Assembly: GCF_001194135.2 (NCBI RefSeq)
Contig: NC_068989.1
Coordinates: forward strand, 3,788,789 to 3,852,788
Length of the DNA stretch: 64,000 bases
Source of the DNA: Octopus bimaculoides
Lineage: Eukaryota
Direction: 5' to 3'
Shown here: positions 1-9,918 of the stretch, in pieces
Layout of the letters: each line of letters starts with the position of its first letter
Numbering within the stretch: position 1 is the first letter of the stretch
Position numbers and translations under genes: made by a program
Notes under the pieces: generated by a model
Databases searched by the model: none
Seen by the model: the letters and a program-made list of their open reading frames with translations, nothing else
Told to the model about the DNA's origin: nothing

Positions 1-19
1 TTTTTACTCATTTAGTCTC

Positions 20-87
20 GAGTTCAGTCCCACTGCGAGCCACCTTGAGCAAGTGTGTTCCACAGAAACTGTATGTAAGCCCGTCGC

Positions 88-90
<3 letters not shown>
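20..90 (+). mobile_element. SINE family B, 5' fragment (B-box region)
   Basis: GAGTTCAGTCCCACTGCGAGCCACCTTGAGCAAGTGT matches the head of the family B copies at 45392 and 15985. Confidence 0.55.
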
Positions 91-121
<31 letters not shown>

Positions 122-140
122 AGGTACCACAGAACCGATC

Positions 141-362
141 AAACCAGACGAGACGAGACGAGACCGGACCAGACCAGACCATCAGATACCGTTGTACATC
201 GCTGGTCACAATGTTCTTCCAATTCCGTTTTAATTGCACCATTCTTTTCCATTTTCACCCAAATTGTTTCACTTGATCGTCTTCCCATCGTCGCTGAAGC
301 CTTCCAAGTGGCCTATGGCGATATCCTGAATATCCCTCGGCTACAGCACAAGTCCACCTGTT
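141..362 (-). mobile_element. RTE-clade LINE 3' end, decayed, with (GGTCT/CGTCT)n tail
   Basis: Minus strand reads NRWTCAVAEGYSGYRHRPLGRLQRRWEDDQVKQFG*KWKRMVQLKRNWKNIV, matching the RTE ORF C-terminal pattern RWT..V.EW.PR..KRP.GRP..RW.DD; a pentanucleotide tandem tail follows at 141-185. Confidence 0.7.
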
Positions 363-877
363 ATGTATATATATGAAGCTTGACATGTCTGATCTAGCGG
401 AACCTGTGCTTTCGTCACTCTGCCATCGACTCCCTTCTCTAGTTATCTCATTTCGAATGCGTTCTTGTAATGATACTCGTGATATGCAGTTTTGCAGTTT
501 TGAGAGGTGGGGGTTAGTCCATTACATCGATCCCTCTTTTTAAATGGTACTTTATGTTATGAAACGTAGAAGGATGAAAGTTAGAATTGGCATTGATAGG
601 ATTTGCTCACTGAATGTAAAGGGTTGGAGAAAAATGCCTGCAAGCGCTTTTTCTGGCACTCTTATGATTCTACATAACATAGGCGTAAAACCTGAAATAT
701 GCCGGGGAGTATCATTCGAATACATCAACTTCTGTACCTGACTGGCTTTCATTTTTTATCGACCCCTAAGGGTCGAAATTTGACTGCAACACATAATTAA
801 AATAATCTCTTATTTATTAGGAACAGCTACAAAAGAGACAGCATATTAAGATTTGTGAGGAATATTATGAAAGAGTT

Positions 878-949
878 GATGACGACGACGACGACGACGA
901 TGACAACTACAATGACGATGTTTCTGCTCCTCACCGTCTTAATAATGAA

Positions 950-1038
<89 letters not shown>

Positions 1039-1102
1039 CGACGATGATGATGATGATGATGATGATGATGACGATGATGATGATGATGACAATGATGATG
1101 AC
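878..1102. repeat. (GAT/GAC)n trinucleotide microsatellite
   Basis: Directly visible. Confidence 0.98.
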
Positions 1103-1369
1103 TGTGGAATACAGGTCGGTTAAAGACAAATTCGTAGAAACAAATCAAAATGAATGACTGAAGGAAGGAAGGAAGGAATGAAAGAAGGAAGGAAAAGGAT
1201 GACGTAGGAAGCAAGGCAGAAGGAAAGAAGAGTAGAAATACCATAAAAGGGACATAAATAAGGAGGAAGCAGAAATACGGAGACAAATCATGTTTTATGG
1301 AGAGAATAAAGGAGAAAGATTGAGGAGAGAATATGAGTGAATGAGAGAGTGTGATGCGCCATACATACA

Positions 1370-1445
<76 letters not shown>

Positions 1446-2025
1446 NNNNNNNNNNNNNNNNNNNNNNNNNNNNNNNNNNNNNNNNNNNNNNNNNNNNNNN
1501 NNNNNNNNNNNNNNNNNNNNNNNNNNNNNNNNNNNNNNNNNNNNNNNNNNNNNNNNNNNNNNNNNNNNNNNNNNNNNNNNNNNNNNNNNNNNNNNNNNNN
1601 NNNNNNNNNNNNNNNNNNNNNNNNNNNNNNNNNNNNNNNNNNNNNNNNNNNNNNNNNNNNNNNNNNNNNNNNNNNNNNNNNNNNNNNNNNNNNNNNNNNN
1701 NNNNNNNNNNNNNNNNNNNNNNNNNNNNNNNNNNNNNNNNNNNNNNNNNNNNNNNNNNNNNNNNNNNNNNNNNNNNNNNNNNNNNNNNNNNNNNNNNNNN
1801 NNNNNNNNNNNNNNNNNNNNNNNNNNNNNNNNNNNNNNNNNNNNNNNNNNNNNNNNNNNNNNNNNNNNNNNNNNNNNNNNNNNNNNNNNNNNNNNNNNNN
1901 NNNNNNNNNNNNNNNNNNNNNNNNNNNNNNNNNNNNNNNNNNNNNNNNNTATATATATATATATTATATATATATATTATATATATATAGTCCTATATAT
2001 ATATAGGACTATTAGGCTATAAGAA

Positions 2026-2643
2026 TTACCAAGATATAAATAAAAAATTCATAGAGGGTTGGACCTTAAACAAAGACGGTTGAAGACGGTGAGAAAGTGA
2101 GAGAGGTGGTTCTGCGACTATGGCATAAACCGTGGATGCTGTGAGCAGCGTGGGAGAAGTGGAACGCAGGCGAATGAGCTGGCAAATTTTACGGTTATTT
2201 TTCGAGACCAATAAGTTCGTAAAGTTTACTTTTGTGGTGTCGTGTCTCAAAATATATTGACTGAAATTGTTTGGAAGGGAAAAAGGCAGGAAGTAGCTGG
2301 TGAGTTCTTGTGTCAGATGGTCGCGGTTGACGTATAACGAGCGGTTGGTGGCTCACGTATGTTGTTTCGGAGTAGAAAAGAAGATATTGAAAATATTATG
2401 AGGTTACTCTGAGGAGTGAATCGGCTTGGCGGATGAATGAAAATTCAGTTTGAAACCGCGTGGGATGACGGCGAGGCGAAGACAGCGTTCAAGAAAGTTT
2501 AAATGGCCGCAGAAGTGGTTTTTAAATGCTTGATTTGAATATCCTAATGCGATATTAACGGTTGGAAAAGAAGGAAAAAAAAATTGGAGAGATCTTTTCA
2601 TTGTGTGGTACAATTCTCGGTTGAGACATTTGAAGTTGCGCAT
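2026..2643 (-). mobile_element. Penelope-like element ORF N-terminal region, decayed
   Basis: HLNFLERCLRLAVIPRGFKLNFH matches the PLE N-terminal H..FL..C....IPKG..L motif; after in-frame stops it continues ...NFTNLLVSKNNRKICQL (the PLE K..KL..L region). Confidence 0.65.
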
Positions 2644-2676
2644 TGTAAAGGAGGTGGTTCAGAGAATTTAGCAGGT

Positions 2677-2710
2677 ATGATGGTGATGATGATGATGATG
2701 ATAATGATGG

Positions 2711-2791
<81 letters not shown>

Positions 2792-3212
2792 GGATGGTAG
2801 AGTTAGTGGGGGATGGATGTAATTTCCTGATGTTTGGAAACTACATAGAGTGAGATAAATTGAGCTGGAACAACAAGAAGCGGATGAAGAGAAAAAGTAC
2901 AGGAAGAAGAGGATTTCAGGAATGTGGAGTCTGTTTGTGGTTGTTTTTGTCGTTGTTGTTGTTGTTGTTGGCTTTTAGGAGTAGCGTGAGGAGGTGGATT
3001 GCGCTAGGGTTGTCAGAATAAGTTAAGCGGAAGAGAGGAAGGACGAGGAGAATAAGGAGAAAAAGAAGATTATCTTTATGAAGAGGATGATGATGATGAT
3101 GATGCTGACGAAGAGGAGGATGACGAGGAAGAGGTGGAGGAGGAGGAGAGGGCATGGGGACAATGATGGTGGTGAGGATCTTGGTGATTACGGTGATGGT
3201 AATGTTGATGAC

Positions 3213-3245
<33 letters not shown>

Positions 3246-3428
3246 AATGTTGGTGATAATGATGATGAAGTTGATGTTATGAAGATGCTGCTGCATATTG
3301 ATGATGACGGCGACGACCATGATGATGACGATGATGATGACGACGATGATGATGATGACGATGATGATGATGATGATGTCGGCAACGATGCCAACGCCGA
3401 CGCTGAGGATAATGATGGTTATGATGAT
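2677..3428. repeat. Compound (GAT)n/(GTT)n/(GAG)n low-complexity tract
   Basis: Directly visible; it generates the poly-D, poly-M and poly-I ORFs in the track. Confidence 0.9.
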
Positions 3429-3773
3429 AAAATTGCTAAATTTCCACATCGTCAGACGTCAATAGACTTCAGAAAAATTCTTTCTTTCACATCCAACAAC
3501 TTAATCCCTCTGGTATTTGTCTGGTTTAAAATGAATTATCTGAGAATTAGCATACTTTCTTCGCTGCTGCTGCTGTTGCCACTGCTGCTGTTTTTGTCGC
3601 TTGTTTTTATTGTTGTTGTTTCTTGCTTCGATATTTCGTTTCGTTTCAAACTGTGGATTAAATTTTGTCAAGTATCGTACGAATTGGATTATCATTTATG
3701 CGGTTAATTTCTGCAGAATTAGTTTTCAAGGAGATGCGTGCTTGTATTTAAACATCTGTTCAGTCGTATGTTT

Positions 3774-3777
<4 letters not shown>

Positions 3778-3856
<79 letters not shown>

Positions 3857-3858
3857 GT
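3778..3858. repeat. (GT)n microsatellite
   Basis: Directly visible. Confidence 0.98.
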
Positions 3859-4249
3859 GCATTCGTGGGTGGTGGGTGATGGACATTTGAAAATATTTTC
3901 TTCACTAGACGACATTCAATACATTCAATGTCGATCATTCCAGAACGAACCTCCTCAACGACCAAAAACACTCTTGCACAGACGATATATTATCAAAAAT
4001 GATTAAACAAGAAAATTCTGGGATTAAGAATATAATGACGTAGCTCAAGTTTCTCCCACAAGGTGGTGTTGTTTGTATACTCGCACAATTATAGCAAACA
4101 CAAAGGCAGCAATTTCAAGAAACAGCTTTCACACACACATTCGCGAGCGAAAAGCGACGAAAGCAATGCTGCTAAACAGCCTGTTCAACCGGTCAGCGTT
4201 GCCTCAGCAACAATAATTACAATTATTATTATTATTTATTGTATAAGCA

Positions 4250-4380
4250 TAAGGCCTGAAATTTGAGGGAGGTGTCTAGTTTACTTCATCGACCTCAGAA
4301 CTGAACTCATTCTTATTTTATCAACATCGAAGCAATGATAAGCAAAGTTGTCTCAAATTTGAACTCGGAACGTCAAGATG
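4250..4380 (-). mobile_element. SINE family A, degraded copy
   Basis: Similar to the adjacent copy at 4547-4766 (AGGCCTGAAATTT...CATCGAC...TTTGAACTCGGAACGT). Confidence 0.55.
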
Positions 4381-4546
4381 GAGGATGAATTCTGCCCACT
4401 ACACATGCAAGAGTCCAGATATATACAGATATATCTACGTATACGATGGGCCTCCATACAGTTGCCGTCTACCAAATTCACTTCTGTGGTCGATAAAATC
4501 GACCACAGAAATTGCTGCCCTTGTTCCAAAATCTAATCTGAAACTA

Positions 4547-4766
4547 TTATTCTTTTCTACTGTAGGCACAAGACCTGAAATTTTGGAGGAGGGAGCCAGT
4601 AGATTAGATCGACCCCAGTACGCAGCTGGTACTTAATTCATCGACCCCGAAAGGATGAAAGGCAAAAGTCGACCTCGGCGGAATTCGAACTCAGAACGTA
4701 CAGACAGACGAAATACCCCATAAGCATTTCGCCCGGCGTGCTAACGTTTCTCCCAGTTCGCCGCCT
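4547..4766 (-). mobile_element. SINE family A, full length, tail type 2, 13-bp TSD
   Basis: tRNA-like head GGCGGCGAACTGGGAGAAACGTTAGCACG with B-box GAGTTCGAATTCC; central GCCTTTCATCCTTTCGGGGTCGAT domain; TAATCTGAAACTA duplicated at 4534-4546 and 4767-4779. Confidence 0.9.
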
Positions 4767-5266
4767 TAATCTGAAACTACAACTATTCATTCATGGTAGG
4801 TTATGATTTTACAGAGATTTGACTGCTACGTCTAGCACAGAAAACATCTATGTAAATATTCCCTCGTTGAGTGAAAGCGACCGGCCTTAATTGAGGATTA
4901 TAGCGCTTAGCGTACGATAACTCGCATACTGATCATCTGCGCTTTATCGACTTCAATGTAAACCTAAAAGCAGTCTTGACAGTAAGCCCAATTATGTTCA
5001 CACAAACAAATGGATTGTGCAACATAATGTGTGGTGTAACGTATAATTAAATTCTTGTATACATCATCTCTACACATAAAGCATGGTATATTGGAGATTA
5101 TGCAGTTTCAGTTGTTAAAGGCGACATTTTCCTCTGCCAGATATATGATCCAAGGTTATCGCTACATTTGCTCATGGTTGCGGAGTGTGAATTGAGTAGC
5201 GCCATTGAACGAATCGTTCGATAATTGTACATTGACGAAGCTATTAGAAAGTAAAACAACTCTTCT

Positions 5267-5347
5267 CATACAGTTCTTGATTTGAGAGACGAGCAATGTT
5301 CGTAAATTATTTTACATTTGACGGATTTTTGTCCTCATCTTGTTGTT
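5267..5347 (-). mobile_element. Solo 3' tail of SINE family H (hammerhead SINE)
   Basis: ACAGTTCT...TTTACATTTGACGGATTTTTGTCCTCATCTTGTT aligns with 29449-29525. Confidence 0.7.
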
Positions 5348-5516
5348 ATTATTATCATTAATAACACACACACACTCGTATATTATTGTTGACGCTAAAT
5401 TGGATTATTTCCTCATTCCTAAAATTCCATTGCAACAAAAGTTAATCGAGCATTCGATCACCTTCATTAGTGGATGTATGGCTGTTAGAGTATTAAAACG
5501 TGTTGGACACCTTTTG

Positions 5517-5820
5517 ATCGGTCATTTGACTGGTGACGTGATTAGTCGGTCATTTGACTGGTGACGTGATTAGTCGGTCATTTGACTGGTCACGTGATTA
5601 GTCGGTCATTTGACTGGTCACGTGATTAGTCGGTCATTTGACTGGTGACGTCATTAGNNNNNNNNNNNNNNNNNNNNGTCGGTCATTTGACTGGTGACGT
5701 GATTAGTCGGTCATTTGACTGGTCACGTGATTAGTCGGTCATTTGACTGGTCACGTGATTAGTCGGTCATTTGACTGGTGACGTCATTAGTCGGTCATTT
5801 GACTGGTCACGTGATTAGTC
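5517..5820. repeat. 28-bp minisatellite, at least 10 units, with a 20-N gap inside
   Basis: Unit GTCGGTCATTTGACTGGT(G/C)ACGT(G/C)ATTA starts at 5517, 5545, 5573, 5601, 5629, 5678, 5706, 5734, 5762 and 5790. Confidence 0.97.
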
Positions 5821-6738
5821 GCGGCGTTTTATATGATTGCAATTCTTTACCAAGTCCTGTTTTAGAAGTTAATCACGTGGTTAATGACGTTGGCTGTTTT
5901 GTCTGTGAAATTGGTTGTTTTTGACAGCAACCTTTGCAGGTGGTTCTATTTCAAATTTGATCACGTGGATATAGGCGTAATTAGTGGTGTGTTTGGGCAT
6001 AGAACAGGTAACGTGGCTGCTCGTATTTTTTTTTCTGTTTGATATTTGTTCTTTCGCCAGGTATACAAAGTCAGACTTCCATTGAAGATGCATAGGTGCA
6101 AAATAATTTCGTGTCGCAAATCAAGATGAGTTGGGATTTTCTATGGTAACGGTTGATATGAAAATTTCCGGTATAGAATGAGTACGAATGGCGAGCATGG
6201 CCTTGTTCAATATGGATCTATTCCGAAGGCATGGACGAACTTGTGAGAGTTTGCCTGCCTTTTGTAGTCGGGCAGTCTCTGCTACCCCATTGATTCTCGA
6301 GTCTGCATTTGACATACGCGTGTGCGATCGCGCCCATACAGATATATACACTTACTCAAGGCAATGCAGGCATATACACACACATACATGTGCACGCATG
6401 TGTGTATATGCATGTGTATCATCCTGTTCGGCGGTTTCTTTGTCTTGTCTCGACTAATCGATGCAAACGCCACACCCATTTTGTGATTTGATTTCACACT
6501 GCCTTCCATTTAGCGTCTGTTTGATTATCAAATAGCAATAATGATAATAATAATAATAATAGCAGATATATATACACATACACATATGCAAACACTTATG
6601 TGTGTGTATGTATATATATATATATATATGCATAAGCATGTATATATATATATATTGTATATACATATATATGCATATTTATATATATATATGTATGTGT
6701 ATGTGTATATATATATACTGTGATAGACAGAGAGAGAA

Positions 6739-6797
<59 letters not shown>

Positions 6798-7147
6798 CAG
6801 ACAGAGAAAGGGATAGATATACAGATAGTGAGGCTTGGTTGGCGTTGGGGCAGGAGTGGCGCATGCTGAACGTCACACTGATATGATTTACTAGATTAAA
6901 TTAAATCTTGTGATTCTGAAATTAAAATCTTTTCTCGTTCGATCTTCACCGTTGTTACCTACAGTTATAAAATAAATAACGAATAACAAGCAAGCGAACA
7001 CCAATACACCATACGCACACTGATACAAAATATCTATTATACGCACACACACACACACACACACTCACACACATACACACATAAACACACACACATACAC
7101 ATAGATTCACACGTGGTACCGCACACGCATACATGCATATGTATGTA

Positions 7148-7255
7148 TTCTTTTATTCTTTTACTTGTTTCAGTCATTTGACTACGACTACGCTGGAGCA
7201 CCGCCTTTAGTCGAGCAAATCGACCCCAGCACTTATTCTTTGAAATCCTAGTACA
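7148..7255 (-). mobile_element. SINE family B, 3' end
   Basis: Minus strand GGGGTCGATTTGCTCGACTAAAGGCGGTGCTCCAGC...GACTGAAACAAGTAAAAGAATAAAAGAA matches the 3' ends at 55671 and 63535. Confidence 0.8.
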
Positions 7256-7285
7256 ATACACACGCACACAAACGCACACACACAT

Positions 7286-7323
<38 letters not shown>

Positions 7324-7374
7324 AAATAATAAATGAGTATATGCATATATACGTACAGGTATGTGCATACCTAC

Positions 7375-7427
<53 letters not shown>

Positions 7428-8206
7428 ATTTTGTACCATGTTCTCCGTTTTTTATCATTGTTGCCTGTATATACATTCATCGTTACACGTCAATTTTTGA
7501 CGTTATTCGTAAGAGAGTACATACTTCTTTTGTCACTGAGTATCAGGTAAGCCAATGTTAACGTGTCTTAGGAAGGAAGAAGCTATTCAAAATGATCGCC
7601 ACAATAATTTGAAGAATTTTCCGAGCTCTATCCACGTCTTACATCTTCATATTAATATATATTAATATGTTTATAACAATCGTATTTGATTGCCATATTC
7701 TACTTTGTCCATTAGCGCTGGTAGGTCTTTATGTATTTGTCTAACTGTGCAGTGTGAGCGTGTCTGTGTGTCTACGTGTCAGCATTAGCATGTGTGTATA
7801 TATGTATGAATGTATATATGAATGTATGCATTTGTGATATATGCGATGTGTGTGTGTGTGTATGTGTGTCAATGTATATGCCTGTGTATGGTACATTTGT
7901 ATTGTTTGTGAGTAGAGATATTGGTTTGTGATCTTGTATGTGTTCAGAGAATATAAATTGAAAATTTCCACCTAATTTACTTCGATAAGAACAAATTTTG
8001 CGGAAACGTTATACATTACCAGGAAATGAATTTGATGATATAATAAATAATGGCCTGTTTAATAGACATACAACGAAAGCTGCATCACCAACAACAAGAA
8101 CAACAAATATTCCGGCAGCTACAACATCAAGAACAACGTAAATACCAGTAGTTATAATAAAAGTCAATACTCCTATATTATTGCTGTTTATATAGTAATT
8201 GATATC

Positions 8207-8259
<53 letters not shown>

Positions 8260-8265
8260 TAATAA

Positions 8266-8460
8266 TGTCTATGTAATCTCAAATTTTAAAACAAACTCAT
8301 AATTTTCTTAAACATTCTCTGGAACAATACTATCTACAAAACCAAATATATGATACCCTAGGCATAACACCAACATGAACTTCTAGCTTGTTGTCTCTTG
8401 AGGTTTCTGGGTGAGACTTGAAGCCAACTTGTACAAATACAAAGCAAAAGTCAAACATAA
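8266..8460 (+). mobile_element. Probable R4/Dong-clade non-LTR retrotransposon 3' UTR inserted in (TAA)n
   Basis: Unique 195-bp segment between two (AAT)n tracts; begins TCT ATG TAA (putative ORF end) and ends GGGTGAGACTTGAAGCC...AAAGCAAAAGTCAAACATA. The clade call is from memory of similar elements. Confidence 0.5.
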
Positions 8461-8461
8461 C

Positions 8462-8531
<70 letters not shown>

Positions 8532-9060
8532 TCTACTATATAGCTTTGGTGCAATACCAAAAATGTTTGTTGGTATTGTTTAGCCCTTATTATGCCCTTA
8601 TGGACATAACGTACTTAAGCTGTTTGCGCCCTATTCAGCACAAACCATCGAATTTTTTCAACAGTTCTTAATTCTTCCTCCTTTGTCTCTTCTAGGTCAA
8701 GGCCTGACGTATTTTCCTAATGGAAGGTCTTCCCTTACTAAGTGTTGTTGGTTTTGAATTGTCATCGACACTTCTGTAGTTTGCTTTCTTCTAGGTAGGT
8801 TTGTTGGCTCTATGCAGAAGAAGAAGATGAAGAGGGAAGAAATGTAGGAGTAGGCAAAGAAGAGGAATAAGGAGGAAGAAAAGAACAAGACAGAAGTTGG
8901 GTGACACAGTAGATTGTTTGTAGGGGCCTCTTTAATGGTCAAATGACCTCAAAGTGACTTGTTGTGGTCGTAGCGGCTGTAATTGTTCTAAATTCTTGCA
9001 GTAATTTCTTGTAGTAGTTTCTAAATTCTGTGTTTAGCCCTGTGTGGCCAATAAAGAAAG

Positions 9061-9130
<70 letters not shown>

Positions 9131-9179
9131 GTCCATGTGTATGAATGTGTGTACGTGTGTATGTGTGTGTATGTGTGTT

Positions 9180-9247
<68 letters not shown>

Positions 9248-9307
9248 TGTGTGTGCATGCGTGTATGTGTATTTGTGTGTGTGTGTGCATGTGTGTATGT
9301 GTATTTG

Positions 9308-9338
<31 letters not shown>

Positions 9339-9340
9339 GT
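9061..9340. repeat. (CTAT)n followed by a (GT)n-rich compound microsatellite
   Basis: Directly visible. Confidence 0.95.
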
Positions 9341-9829
9341 GGAACTTTGAGCGCGAATGTTTATGTGCTTGCATTTATAAACGTGTGAGTATATATGCTT
9401 GTTTTCCGTTTTATGTAATGTTTACCTATGTGTAAGATATGGTGTACACAAAAGTATGTCTAGACAACTATTCGGCCAGTTTATCTAAAATAGGAAACCA
9501 CCGCCATTATCTTTAGTAATTTTCATGTAGTTTGATATGTTTATAGCATTATATATCACAATTTGATATCAATCGTATATCGGGCACCACAAGCTATAGA
9601 TTTTTATGTACAGCAATCAGGTATAAATAATACATTCTACATTAATACTATTCCATTAGTCTTATTGCTACTGCGTGTTTTCGAGGCAATAATCGACCAC
9701 TGTACAGGGTATTGTGTTGCCTTTCCTGTAATTTTGTTGTGGCTTTGTTGGTTAATTTTAAAGAGATAGTGTTATATGAGTTGTTGGCGTTGTTGCGGTC
9801 GTAGTCGATTAGCCCTTGGTCAATTTTGA

Positions 9830-9918
9830 TTACGTAAATGGTCAAAGAGAGAATGCCTCTTGAGCATTCTCGCTCTGATCATCCAATCTTTTGTTCTTTT
9901 TCTGTACATAGTGTATTT
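9830..9918. repeat. Approximately 88-bp dispersed duplicate of 12497-12584
   Basis: TACGTAAATGGTCAAA..GAGAA(T/C)GCCTCTTGAGCATTCTCGCTCTGATC..CCAATC.TTTGTTCTTTTTCTGTAC is present at both sites. Confidence 0.9.

Noticed and set aside
827-3707. Long poly-M, poly-D, poly-H and poly-I ORFs (855-1157, 939-1394, 2916-3449, 3078-3707)
   Set aside because: They are translations of (GAT)n-type microsatellites with no domain content or splice support.
5517-5820. 28-bp repeat array as a CRISPR array
   Set aside because: Units are contiguous with no unique spacers, there are no cas genes, and the context is eukaryotic.
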